Source: Kroppenstedtia guangzhouensis
GTDB lineage: Bacteria; Bacillota; Bacilli; Thermoactinomycetales; DSM-45169
NCBI RefSeq assembly: GCF_014637345.1
Contig: NZ_BMEX01000003.1
Span: 1-64,000, forward strand
Direction: 5' to 3'
DNA: 64,000 nt
Positions 26,544 through 36,082 of this stretch are shown here, piece after piece; positions within the stretch are counted from its first letter, which is position 1, and each line of letters starts with the position of its first letter. The notes beneath the pieces are model-generated. The model was not told where the DNA came from, ran no database searches, and saw nothing but the letters and a program-made list of their open reading frames with translations. The position numbers were made by a program, and so were the translations under genes.

Positions 26544-27347
26544 TCACAGATCCATCACATTTTCCAAACCATAGATCAGACCGGTGTGCTTCATCACTTC
26601 TTCCACTGCCAGCTTGACACCGGGCATAAAGGATTCCCGGTTCATGGAGTCATGGCGGAGAGTTAAAAGTTGACCCGGACCGCCGAACAGGACTTCCTGG
26701 TGGGCGACCAGCCCCGGCAGACGGACGCTGTGGATGCGGAAGCCGTCCCGATAGCCGCCCCGGGCCCCTTCCAGGATCTCTTTCTCCTCGGGGTGTCCCT
26801 GTTTCTTCTCCTGCCGTTCCCTAAAGATCAGCTCCGCCGTCTTCAGGGCCGTACCCGAAGGGGCGTCCAACTTTTGGTCATGGTGCTTCTCAATAATCTC
26901 CACATCGGGGAGATACTTGGCCGCCTTGGCTGCAAAAACCATCATCAACACCGCCCCGATGGCAAAATTGGGGGCGATGATCCCGCCGATCCCCCGTTCC
27001 CGGCAGCGCTCATCCAATTCCCGCATCTCCGCCTTCGTCAGACCCGTCGTTCCCACCACCGGGCGGACACCGGCATCGATCGCCAACTCCATATGTTCCC
27101 TGACCAGGGAGGGAGTTGTGAAATCGACCAACACATCCGGCTGTCCCAGTTCCAGAGCCTCCCCCAAGGAGTTGGTCAAAGGAATCTCCTGTGCACCGAT
27201 GCCGATCACTTCACCGATGTCTTCTCCAGTATGTGTTCGGGCTACTGCACCGGTCAGCTTGAAATGGGCTTCCCCGGCGATCATCCGGATCGCCTCCCGC
27301 CCCATGCGCCCGGTGGCTCCGGCTACAACGATATGAATGGGATTCAT
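26544..27347 (-). CDS. dapB: 4-hydroxy-tetrahydrodipicolinate reductase.
   Basis: N-terminal NAD(P) fold VVAGATGRMGRE and the DapB core (EIIEKHHDQKLDAPSGTA). Confidence 0.9.
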   Translation of the reverse strand: MNPIHIVVAGATGRMGREAIRMIAGEAHFKLTGAVARTHTGEDIGEVIGIGAQEIPLTNSLGEALELGQPDVLVDFTTPSLVREHMELAIDAGVRPVVGTTGLTKAEMRELDERCRERGIGGIIAPNFAIGAVLMMVFAAKAAKYLPDVEIIEKHHDQKLDAPSGTALKTAELIFRERQEKKQGHPEEKEILEGARGGYRDGFRIHSVRLPGLVAHQEVLFGGPGQLLTLRHDSMNRESFMPGVKLAVEEVMKHTGLIYGLENVMDL

Positions 27348-27411
27348 CCCGTGGCACTCCTGACAGTTTTGGTCAGGAGCACTTCCCTCCTTTATCCGCC
27401 TCTATGTAAAG

Positions 27412-27741
27412 TTATGAATCGATCCGGGTCCAGCGATCCGCATCCCGGCTATTGTATTTTTGCATAACCATTTGAAACGCATCTTCCAGATTGATTTCCA
27501 GGGAGTTGGCAAAACAGATGACAATGAACAGCAGGTCCCCCAGCTCCATCTCCATACTGTTTTCCTCTTCCTCCGCTTTTTTCGGTTTCTCCCCAAAGCG
27601 GTGGTTCACCTCCCGGGCCAGCTCCCCGACCTCCTCTGTCATGCGGGCCAACATGGACAAGGGGTGGAAATAGCCCTCCTTGAACTGGGAAATATAAGCG
27701 TCCACTTCCTGTTGCATCTCCTTCATCGTCTTACCGTCCAT
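27412..27741 (-). CDS. ypjD: MazG-like nucleotide pyrophosphohydrolase (YpjD homologue).
   Basis: EVGELAREVNHRFGEKP... is a MazG EExxE-type motif; position upstream of dapB as in B. subtilis. Start MDGKTMKEMQ with RBS GAGGAGGGAG. Confidence 0.75.
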   Translation of the reverse strand: MDGKTMKEMQQEVDAYISQFKEGYFHPLSMLARMTEEVGELAREVNHRFGEKPKKAEEEENSMEMELGDLLFIVICFANSLEINLEDAFQMVMQKYNSRDADRWTRIDS

Positions 27742-27928
27742 CTTCTCCCTCCTCTCAGGCCTTTCCTTATGGTAACCCATCTGTTAAGGGAAGACAAACT
27801 TACCCGTGAAATCGACCGGAAAGATCTAAAAAAGATGCCTTTTGCCCGGTTATTGCCCGAGGCTGAGGAGGTCGCTATAATAAATCGAGGGTCTTCAAAA
27901 TAATGAGAGGAGAAAGGAGGCAACACTG

Positions 27929-28765
27929 TTGTACAAACACATCAAACCTGTTCTGATGATCCTGACCGGGGCATTTTTATTCTCGATCGCCATCAACTAC
28001 TTCGCCATCCCCAACAAACTGGCTGAGGGCGGTTTCACCGGGATCGCTCTGGTGCTTCACTATTTATTCGGCTATTCCCCGGGAACCGTCATCCTCGTCA
28101 TGAATATCCCGCTGTTTTTTATCGGATACAAGGTTTTTGGAAAAAGGGCTCTCCTTTATACAATCCTGGGTACGGTGTCCGTTTCCGTCGCCGTATGGTT
28201 GACTGCCGGGGATTATAAACCCGTCGGCGACCCCCTCCTCGCCGCCCTTTACACCGGTGTCCTGATTGGAGGTGGACTGGGACTGATTTTCCGGGCCGGG
28301 GGAACCACCGGGGGTGTGGATATCATCGCCCGAATGGTTCACAAGTATTGGGACTGGAGTATCGGTCGAACCATGTTTCTCTTTGATCTGCTCGTCATCG
28401 TCGGCTCCACCTTCATCATCGGCCGGGAAAAGGCGATGTACACAGTGGTTGCCGTATTTGTGGGATCCCGGGTGATCGACTTTGTTGTGGAAGGATTAAA
28501 CACTTCCAAAGCGGCCACTATCATCTCGAGCAAGGCTGTCTCCATCTCCGAAAAGATCACCTGGGAGATGGAGCGCGGTGTCACCCTGCTAAAAGGACGC
28601 GGTGGATATACCGGAACAGATAAGGAAGTCCTGTATGTGGTGGTCAGCCGAAACGAACTTCCAAAAATGAAACAATTGATTCATTCCATCGACCCCTATG
28701 CCTTTGTCGTCGTCCACGATGTCCGGGACGTACTGGGTGAGGGATTCACCTACGACCGAGAGTAA
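27929..28765 (+). CDS. ypjC: YitT-family membrane protein (DUF161/DUF2179), a YpjC homologue.
   Basis: TTG start after AAGGAGG; multi-TM N-terminus plus a C-terminal DUF2179-like domain (VLYVVVSRNELPKMKQLIHSIDPYAFVVVHDVRDVLGEGF). Confidence 0.75.
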   Translation: MYKHIKPVLMILTGAFLFSIAINYFAIPNKLAEGGFTGIALVLHYLFGYSPGTVILVMNIPLFFIGYKVFGKRALLYTILGTVSVSVAVWLTAGDYKPVGDPLLAALYTGVLIGGGLGLIFRAGGTTGGVDIIARMVHKYWDWSIGRTMFLFDLLVIVGSTFIIGREKAMYTVVAVFVGSRVIDFVVEGLNTSKAATIISSKAVSISEKITWEMERGVTLLKGRGGYTGTDKEVLYVVVSRNELPKMKQLIHSIDPYAFVVVHDVRDVLGEGFTYDRE

Positions 28766-29555
28766 CCACTTCATGACGATCGACACGGTATTTTCTCCAT
28801 CCGACATAACCGAGAGCCAACAGGAGTACCCCACCGACAATAAAAGCCGGCTTCATCCAATCCGGACCTTCACCGGCGCCGGCCAGCACACCCTCTTCTT
28901 TCCCGAGAAGTGACGGTCGAATCATTTTCTCCCATTGCTCCAATGCAGATTGCAGAGGTACCATGGGCAACGGCTCCTTTCCCGCCTGCCCCGCAATCGA
29001 CTCAACATAGGATTGGACCGCCCCCGCGATTTCCGGTTTACGGGAGACCCACAAGGCCGGTTCGATCTGTCTGAAGTCAGCTTTCAATCGGTTCGCCGCA
29101 GAAAGGACTGTCTCCGGAGAATCCTTTTTTATCCCCCTCTTCATCTTCCGGATCTCACCCCCCATCCGGAATACATAACTCTGCCACAAAGGTTGGGCGG
29201 GATGTGCCAGCGCATCAAAAGCCAACCTCATCCGTTTTGAAGCTTCATTCAATTTTTCGGGTTGCGTCATCGCCCGAATCAACTCCCGATCCAAATCCAC
29301 CAGCGTATCTGACAGCGCACCGATGCCTTCCACAGATAGATGCACATTGGAAAAATCCCCCTGCGAAAAACTCTTCGCCAGCTTGGACAATTCCTCCCGT
29401 GCCTCTTCCCGATTTCCTTCCCTCACCAACTGATCCACCCGCTCAGCCTGCTGTGACCAACTTTCCATCAGCTCGCTCCCTTCCGCCCGGGTCCAGCCAC
29501 TCCCTCCGATCAAAAAAAGAACTGTCCATAACCCAATCATCCATCGCATTCCCAT
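28746..29555 (-). CDS. ypjB: Sporulation protein YpjB-like (signal peptide, C-terminal TM anchor).
   Basis: Size, topology and position (next to ypjA) match B. subtilis ypjB; the 20-nt convergent overlap with ypjC is tolerated. Confidence 0.6.
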   Translation of the reverse strand: MGMRWMIGLWTVLFLIGGSGWTRAEGSELMESWSQQAERVDQLVREGNREEAREELSKLAKSFSQGDFSNVHLSVEGIGALSDTLVDLDRELIRAMTQPEKLNEASKRMRLAFDALAHPAQPLWQSYVFRMGGEIRKMKRGIKKDSPETVLSAANRLKADFRQIEPALWVSRKPEIAGAVQSYVESIAGQAGKEPLPMVPLQSALEQWEKMIRPSLLGKEEGVLAGAGEGPDWMKPAFIVGGVLLLALGYVGWRKYRVDRHEVVTLGRR

Positions 29556-29751
29556 CCCCCCTCCACCAGCAAGCCGTCCTCTTTACTCCATCCTATGCAC
29601 AACCTGTCCAAACATGAAAGGTGAACTGAAAGAGTCCCAATTCCTGTCCGGCTTGTTAGCCGGTGATTCGATAAGGAAAGTAATAGTTTGTAATACAAAC
29701 CAGTTTATTTTATGTAGTCAGAATGAAATCAATAATACTAGAAGTATTTTT

Positions 29752-29871
29752 AAAAAAAGCCGTTTGCAGGGGGGTGGATTTCACATGGAGTGATTTGGGC
29801 AGTTCAGAACAACAAAAAGGTCATGTGAAACCCAATCCCGACCGCTCCCCTGGCCAGCACAAATTCACAAC
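29752..29871 (-). repeat. Copy B of the ~100-nt conserved intergenic element (see 11873-11975).
   Basis: AAAAAGCCGTTTGCAGGG...GTTCAGAACAACAAAAAGGTCATGTGAAACCCAATCCCGACCG...AAATTCACAAC. Carries an internal 9-bp inverted repeat TTTCACATG/CATGTGAAA. Confidence 0.5.
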
Positions 29872-29879
29872 GCTTCCAG

Positions 29880-29925
29880 ACGAAGGGCTCCTTAAATAAA
29901 GCCGACATCCCCGAAGGGTTGCCGG
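29880..29925 (-). terminator. ypjA terminator: GCCGGCAACCC-ttcg-GGGATGTCGGC + TTTATTT (minus strand).
   Basis: Hairpin 12-55 nt downstream of the ypjA stop. Confidence 0.5.
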
Positions 29926-29936
29926 CCTGAAACCAG

Positions 29937-30665
29937 TTATTTTCCTTTGAACCAAAGCGGGAGTTCTTCTTTTCGTTCCGGTCTTGGCGAGAAGACCAAC
30001 CAAGTGAACAGCAGCAGACTGACCAGACTCAGGCTGAGGGTGAACAGCGCCACAACAGGCTCAGTTCCCGCCATGGAAAGGGGCAGCCACGGATGGATTC
30101 CCACGCCATAATCCATGACGTCATTCAGCACGGTCCACCCTCCCACCAGGAGAATCTCTTTTCTTCCAAAAATGAAGAAACGACTGTAGAGTATACCTTC
30201 CACTGCCATTCCGAGATGAGAAACCATCAACATCCAATCCGTCCACACCAGCGATTCCAGAAAAGGTTTATCCGACAACACAGCCCCGGCCAGGATCATG
30301 GACACCGCCCAAACCCCATACTTAAACAGGGTTACACCAGCAAAAGCCTCCCAGAAAGGACTCCGCTTGTTGAAAAGATAGAGAAACAGAACCAAGGTGA
30401 AGGCGGCACTGGCTGTTGGACTGTCCGGGACAAAGGGGAGCCAATAAACAGGAGTGGCTTCCAATTGATTTTTGTACCAATAATACCCGTAGATCGATCC
30501 TAGAAAATTGACCGTCAAAAGCACATACAGAAAACAGCGCCGATCCAACTGCCGGACAAACCATTCCCACCACCACCATCTGTTTCGCAATCGATTCCCT
30601 CCTGTCCAGGTGGATAAAAAAACCGGCCCATACCGGGGCCAGTTTTTCGGGGGAATCCCCCTCAC
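29937..30665 (-). CDS. ypjA: DUF1405 multi-pass membrane protein (YpjA homologue).
   Basis: Polytopic membrane protein located immediately downstream of qcrC, as in B. subtilis. Confidence 0.7.
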   Translation of the reverse strand: MRGIPPKNWPRYGPVFLSTWTGGNRLRNRWWWWEWFVRQLDRRCFLYVLLTVNFLGSIYGYYWYKNQLEATPVYWLPFVPDSPTASAAFTLVLFLYLFNKRSPFWEAFAGVTLFKYGVWAVSMILAGAVLSDKPFLESLVWTDWMLMVSHLGMAVEGILYSRFFIFGRKEILLVGGWTVLNDVMDYGVGIHPWLPLSMAGTEPVVALFTLSLSLVSLLLFTWLVFSPRPERKEELPLWFKGK

Positions 30666-31465
30666 TGTTCAGATTCTTTCTCTTCGGGTGGGTACTGCTT
30701 GGCCAGCCATTCAGCCAATTGCCGTTTTTCCTGTTCATTCCCCTGGAACATTCCGGCCGGCATCGTGCCTTTCCCCTTATCCATAATGTCAATGAGCTGC
30801 TCCGGAGTATAGGCACCTCCGATCCCCGTCAGAGCGGGCCCTTGCAACCCCTCCAACTTTTGACCGTGACAGTTGACACAAGCATTGTTCTTATAAATCT
30901 CATAGGCAGGATTTTGTGGGTCCACGATTTTAGCATCTTCACTGGAGCCTTTCGGCTGGGCTGCCAGTTGCTTTTCGTGTTCATCCCAGGCCACCCAGGT
31001 CAAAGTCACGATTGCAACCAGAGTCAACAGAGCTATACCCGTCGCGGTCGGCCGTTTCATGGGGCGGCGGTCCTTCCCCCGATCCAGCCAGGGCGCAAGA
31101 ACCAGTCCTCCAACCATCAAGCCCGGAATCACCACAGTTCCCAGGACAACAAAGGGGCCGGATGCCCACTTGAACTTCAGCAATTCATACAGGAACAGAA
31201 AGTACCAGTCTGGCACCGGAAGGAATCCGGTATTGGTCGGATCAGCCTGCTCGCCCAGAGGCGGCTCTTCCGCCATGACCAAGGCCATGAATCCCACCAG
31301 TACGACCACTGCCACCATCCATTCCTTCAAGAGGAAGTTCGGAAAGAAAGCCTCTGTTTTGCCGGGAAACTCGGAGTAGTCTTTGGGGAGAAGCTTTTTC
31401 TCCCGGACCCGGACCCGCGAATCGCCGACGTAATGTACTTTACCGTTACCGTCGTTGTGTGCCAT
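30662..31465 (-). CDS. qcrC: Menaquinol-cytochrome c reductase cytochrome b/c subunit.
   Basis: Subunit-IV-like TM region plus a C-terminal c-type heme domain with CVNCH. Confidence 0.9.
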   Translation of the reverse strand: MAHNDGNGKVHYVGDSRVRVREKKLLPKDYSEFPGKTEAFFPNFLLKEWMVAVVVLVGFMALVMAEEPPLGEQADPTNTGFLPVPDWYFLFLYELLKFKWASGPFVVLGTVVIPGLMVGGLVLAPWLDRGKDRRPMKRPTATGIALLTLVAIVTLTWVAWDEHEKQLAAQPKGSSEDAKIVDPQNPAYEIYKNNACVNCHGQKLEGLQGPALTGIGGAYTPEQLIDIMDKGKGTMPAGMFQGNEQEKRQLAEWLAKQYPPEEKESEQ

Positions 31466-31489
31466 GTGTTATCCCCCCTTACCCTCGGC

Positions 31490-32161
31490 TTATAGCGGCC
31501 CCGAGATCCCTTGTTTCCGGATCAGGAAGAAGTGAGCGCCCATCAGGCCCAACAAAGCGGCGGGGAGGAAGAAAACATGTAAGGCAAAAAACCGGGCCAG
31601 AGTCTGGGCTCCGACGATTTCTCCCCCCTGCAGGAATGTAGCGATGGCGTCCCCGACCACCGGAACGCTGGCTGCGATTTCAATCCCCACCTTGGTGGCA
31701 AAGTAGGCTTTGTTGTCCCAGGGCAGGAGATATCCCGTAAATCCGAGACCCACCATGACTCCGAACAAACCCAGACCGATCAGCCAGTTGAATTCGCGGG
31801 GGTGTTTGTAGGAACCGGTGAAAAACACCCGCAGGGTATGCAGGAACAACATCACGATCGAGACACTGGCACCCCAGTGGTGCATTCCGCGAACAATCTG
31901 GCCGAATGCGATCTCATTCTGGAGGTAATCAACACTCTTCCAGGCGTTCTCAATGTCCGGAACATAGTACATCGTCAGGAACATCCCGGACAAAATTTGG
32001 ATCACCACAATAAAAAAGGTCAACCCACCAAAGCAGTAGATAAATGCTGAGAAGTGGTGAGCCGGGTTCACATGTTCCGGAACCTCATGATCCGCAAGGT
32101 CCCGCCACATCGGGGTGATGTCCAAGCGTTGATCCAACCACTCATATGCCGCTTTCAGCAT
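31490..32161 (-). CDS. qcrB: Menaquinol-cytochrome c reductase cytochrome b6 subunit.
   Basis: Cytochrome b6 N-terminal heme-ligand histidines in conserved TM helices (RGMHHWGAS..., FFALHVFFLP). Confidence 0.9.
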   Translation of the reverse strand: MLKAAYEWLDQRLDITPMWRDLADHEVPEHVNPAHHFSAFIYCFGGLTFFIVVIQILSGMFLTMYYVPDIENAWKSVDYLQNEIAFGQIVRGMHHWGASVSIVMLFLHTLRVFFTGSYKHPREFNWLIGLGLFGVMVGLGFTGYLLPWDNKAYFATKVGIEIAASVPVVGDAIATFLQGGEIVGAQTLARFFALHVFFLPAALLGLMGAHFFLIRKQGISGPL

Positions 32162-32163
32162 AA

Positions 32164-32691
32164 TCAGGCACCTCCCCCGCGCTTAGTGATGGGACCCAAA
32201 AGAAGTCTTCCGTTTTCCACCTTGTAGGCGTAAGTATCCAAGGGTCCGTTGGGCGGCGTTCCGGGAACGTTCACCCCGTCTTTGGTGTAAAGTCCGCCGT
32301 GGCAGGGACAATAAAAATGGTTCAAATGGCCTCCGCCCTCCCAATGCACCGTACACCCCAAATGTTTGCAGATCGGGGAGAGAGCCAGAATCTCGGCACC
32401 GTGTTTTGCCACCCAGGCCGTTGCCTTTTCCCCATCCTCTTTCATGTACCAACCATCTTTCCGCTTAATGCGAAATTCCACCGATTTCGGCTTGCTGCCA
32501 AACTCATCCACCGGTCCGACATCCACATACTTCGTATCCGTCCCTTTTTGCAGGAGCGGATCCACAGCAAAGCGGATCATCGGGAACAACACACCGGAAG
32601 CGAGAAAACCGCCGGTACTCGCAATCGTGTAGGTCAAAAACCGCCGGCGTGACATCCCCGGCTTTTGCTGCTCGCTCTTCTTTTCGCTCAC
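32164..32691 (-). CDS. qcrA: Menaquinol-cytochrome c reductase Rieske iron-sulfur subunit.
   Basis: Tat-like N-terminus (SRRRFL) and Rieske boxes CKHLGC...CPCHGG. Confidence 0.9.
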   Translation of the reverse strand: MSEKKSEQQKPGMSRRRFLTYTIASTGGFLASGVLFPMIRFAVDPLLQKGTDTKYVDVGPVDEFGSKPKSVEFRIKRKDGWYMKEDGEKATAWVAKHGAEILALSPICKHLGCTVHWEGGGHLNHFYCPCHGGLYTKDGVNVPGTPPNGPLDTYAYKVENGRLLLGPITKRGGGA

Positions 32692-32853
32692 GACTCTTCC
32701 GACCTCCCTCTATACGGCATAACGTCCAACGGACCGGAACCTATGGATTACTAGGACATACTCATGATAGCCAACCCGTTTGAACAATGTCAAGGACGGG
32801 CCGGAATCAACGGATCGGTACTACTTTTTCCTCAAACCCTTTTCATCATTCCT

Positions 32854-33291
32854 CTAAGTTTCATTCCAACGTGTCACAATCTCGTCACTGACTTTCATAG
32901 CCAGCTCCTCCGGCTCCAAATCCGTTTTCCCGGGGAGGAACATCCATTCCCAATTCCCTTTGATTCCCGGATCAAGCCAAGTGCGGTAAGCTTCCGGAGC
33001 GAGCAGAATGAAGTGATGAAAATCTCCCTTTACTTCATCCGCCACATGTTCCACATATTGAAGCAATGAGCCGGGGTCCGCTGTCGCGTATGGGATTGCC
33101 GGCAGCAACAGCAATCGTCCGGTCAATTCCCTTTCCACCCGACTGGCCACCTCCCGAACCCGTCTCGCCTCTCCCAGAACAGGCTGCTTTCCTGAGATCC
33201 GGATCCGGTAAAGTGGGAGAAGGAGTGTGTCCACATAAGGGGCCCACCGGATCCAATCTTCATGATCCAAGCTGGAAAGCCGCATCGCCAC
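32854..33291 (-). CDS. ypiF: DUF2487 protein (YpiF homologue).
   Basis: Size and position upstream of qcrA match ypiF. Confidence 0.55.
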   Translation of the reverse strand: MAMRLSSLDHEDWIRWAPYVDTLLLPLYRIRISGKQPVLGEARRVREVASRVERELTGRLLLLPAIPYATADPGSLLQYVEHVADEVKGDFHHFILLAPEAYRTWLDPGIKGNWEWMFLPGKTDLEPEELAMKVSDEIVTRWNET

Positions 33292-33343
33292 CCCTCCCTG
33301 ATTAAATTAAAAAGCCCGGCATCTGCCGGACATTATATCGGAG

Positions 33344-33895
33344 TTAACTTTCCTTTTCCACGAATTTCAACCATTGTTCGGTTAATTGTAAGAATTCCTT
33401 TTCGTCCCCCCGTTCCAAGGCTTCGTCAATCCGCCGATACAGATCTTTTTTTCTGAACTCCCGGACCGATTCATCGAGGATCATCTCCGCCATCAGACTG
33501 AACAGGGTATCCTGTACAAGGTCTTGTCTCTCCATCGGATTTACCTCCAATACGGCGGCATATTCCGGACAAGTGGCTTTGTCTTTGAAACAAAGGCTGA
33601 CATAGAGATCCTCAGTTTTGTTTGTACGGAGATCGTAAAATGCCGATTCCACATCTGCACTCACCCGCTGGTTTTTCATGAATTTGAAGGGGGTCATCCG
33701 TACGCAGCGGGTGGAAATCAGGAGTGTTTTCGGCAAGTGACAAAGACTATCCACAAAATGGGTTCGTTTGAGCAGTTGATCTTCGGAACAGAGATAATTC
33801 AGCAGCCAGGCCGCTTCCCGTTTCTGCAATTCATAACGGCTCAAAAACCACTGGATAAACTCTTTCTTTTCCGAGACCGTTACACACTCGCCCAT
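33344..33895 (-). CDS. ypiB: UPF0302/IDEAL-domain protein (YpiB homologue).
   Basis: C-terminal IDEAL motif (RIDEALERGDEKEFLQLTEQW). Confidence 0.65.
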   Translation of the reverse strand: MGECVTVSEKKEFIQWFLSRYELQKREAAWLLNYLCSEDQLLKRTHFVDSLCHLPKTLLISTRCVRMTPFKFMKNQRVSADVESAFYDLRTNKTEDLYVSLCFKDKATCPEYAAVLEVNPMERQDLVQDTLFSLMAEMILDESVREFRKKDLYRRIDEALERGDEKEFLQLTEQWLKFVEKES

Positions 33896-34028
33896 CTCGA
33901 TCCCCCCACCCAGGATGGATTTGAATATTTAGACATCTGTTGGTTATGTTGATGTATCTGAATACTATGAGAGTGGCTTTTGTCTTTATTCCACAAACCG
34001 GCCGACATTTCCTGCTGAAGGGACAAAT

Positions 34029-35156
34029 TTATCTCCGGGATTGAACCTCCAAATATTTCACATCCAGCTCTTTATCGGCGAACCCGGATACACCTGAGAC
34101 CCATCGGTGTCCCGTGACATTCATTCGCACCACCTGCTCCCCGGAGGGGGTCTCCCCGATTCGGATCAGCCCCAGATGCAACATCAGCTTGAGGGTCCGT
34201 TTGAACAAATCCTCTCCCGTCTCATAGTAATAAGAGTCCAGCCAGTCTCCGACCACTTTTTCCACCTCACGGGATAAATACCAGCCACCCTCTGCCAACA
34301 GATCAATCCACTTGACAATGAGGGCGATTCGCGGGATCGGTTTCCGGTACAAGCGAAGCCAGAAACGGTACATTTCCCGTCCTTCGTCCCCGTCGTTGTT
34401 ATGAATTTTTCCCAATCCCAACGCACTTAAACGGAGCACTCCCTCCGTCTCTTCCTCCAGGATATATCCCTTGTAATAGGCATAGTCGTACAAAAGGGAG
34501 AAGCGGTCGGGATATTGATGGTATCGACGCCCAAACCCAAATCTCCATCCTTTTCCCTCCACCGGCTCCTCCTCCACATGGAGGGTTTTCAGGATTTGTC
34601 GTTGTTGTTGCCGGTAAATCGCCCCTTCTCGGGTCAACCGGACCTCCTGTTGCGCCAGAAACAAGAGAAAACTGTGAAGATCCTCTGCCAACAGCCCTTC
34701 TTCATTCCGATATACCGCCGGTTCAGACACCTCTTTCTGCCCTCGGTACATTTGGGCAAAAAGACGGAGGTACCGTTGACGCAGATCCTCCGGAACTTCG
34801 AACAACGTGCGATTACGTCCGGTGACATCGGGAAAAACCCAGCCTTTTCGCAATCCGATAATCAACAGATCCCGGGGCGTCTCCTCCTCATCATCGATTG
34901 CGGCCCGCCCCTTGCTCAAGAGATCTTCCCTGCTGAACAATTGGCGGGAATCGAAACAGAGCTGCTGCAAAAACCGGAACTGGGCAGGTGTCAGCGAATC
35001 CAATTCCCCCTGTAACCTGGAAGAACCTCCAAGATGGTACAAAAGAGACGTGATCAGGCCGTTTTTCGAATGACTCTCCCTCCCGCATCCGTAGTGGGAA
35101 GCCATCCTTTTCAAATGATCGATATCCGCATAGGTGAGCAAATCCGCAAAATTCAT
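34029..35156 (-). CDS. Hypothetical protein (375 aa) at the ypiA position, without evident TPR repeats.
   Basis: Start MNFADLLTYADIDHLKRM after AAAGGAGC; no recognised domain. Confidence 0.45.
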   Translation of the reverse strand: MNFADLLTYADIDHLKRMASHYGCGRESHSKNGLITSLLYHLGGSSRLQGELDSLTPAQFRFLQQLCFDSRQLFSREDLLSKGRAAIDDEEETPRDLLIIGLRKGWVFPDVTGRNRTLFEVPEDLRQRYLRLFAQMYRGQKEVSEPAVYRNEEGLLAEDLHSFLLFLAQQEVRLTREGAIYRQQQRQILKTLHVEEEPVEGKGWRFGFGRRYHQYPDRFSLLYDYAYYKGYILEEETEGVLRLSALGLGKIHNNDGDEGREMYRFWLRLYRKPIPRIALIVKWIDLLAEGGWYLSREVEKVVGDWLDSYYYETGEDLFKRTLKLMLHLGLIRIGETPSGEQVVRMNVTGHRWVSGVSGFADKELDVKYLEVQSRR

Positions 35157-35407
35157 CTGGAAAGCTCCTTTGAAACATTTTTGGTTCTTAGGTTGCCTGT
35201 TTGAAGAGAGATCCATACATTTCCAAGCTCACCCTGCGAAAGACGTCCATTATGTAAAAGCTGCTCATCCTTTTGATGGAATCAACAGGGGACCTTTATG
35301 ACACATCGACATCAGAGATGAAAAATTAAATTCCCCCGAGGGGGAATATCAGCACGAAGGCTCACCGGATCTTGGACCGGCACCACCCAAATAATATAAA
35401 TCTTTGA

Positions 35408-35908
35408 TCACGGTTTCTCCCACACCTTCCTCCCACGGCTCATTCGGCGAAATCTCCGGGACTCTCCCTCGGTCACCCGAATCCTCCTTCCCAATAGGAA
35501 CAACAGGCAGGTCAGCCCCCCCAGAGTGACAGGGTGAAAAGTCCAGCGGGCGGGATTGAAAAGACGGAGACCGTCCCCGATCAATCCACTCCAGACATCA
35601 GTAAACACTATCCCGGGAACGGTCGACAGGGCGGGAAGCAACAGGGGAAAATGGACGGCCAGAAAAACCGCCAGGGAAGGACCCACTTTCAAACCATGGT
35701 GATTCCAGGCGGAAGATCCCAAACCGATATAGATAAAACAGGTGATCACCCCGATCACGAGGAGAATCCACTCCAGCATCTGTGATGCGGTGTCAGCTTG
35801 GGGAAACCACTGGCTGATAAAAAAAGGGAACACCCACTCCTTCAACAGGATCACCGAAGCGAGTACAAAAACCATTTCCACAGCCATTGCACCGGCTCTT
35901 CCCTTCAT
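35408..35908 (-). CDS. Hypothetical polytopic membrane protein (166 aa).
   Basis: Four predicted TM helices and a basic C-terminus. Confidence 0.4.
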   Translation of the reverse strand: MKGRAGAMAVEMVFVLASVILLKEWVFPFFISQWFPQADTASQMLEWILLVIGVITCFIYIGLGSSAWNHHGLKVGPSLAVFLAVHFPLLLPALSTVPGIVFTDVWSGLIGDGLRLFNPARWTFHPVTLGGLTCLLFLLGRRIRVTEGESRRFRRMSRGRKVWEKP

Positions 35909-36082
35909 TGATCTCCCCTCCTGTTTCTACAGTTATGACAAATTGGACAAAAAAAGAACCGCCCTACACACGGGCGATTCATATGGATAGGAGTGGAGAG
36001 AAACCATACTATGTGTATAGTATAAACAAGCGAAATTGTGAGGTCAACAGGTAATTTCAAATTTTCTGATTGGGCTGTCTTT

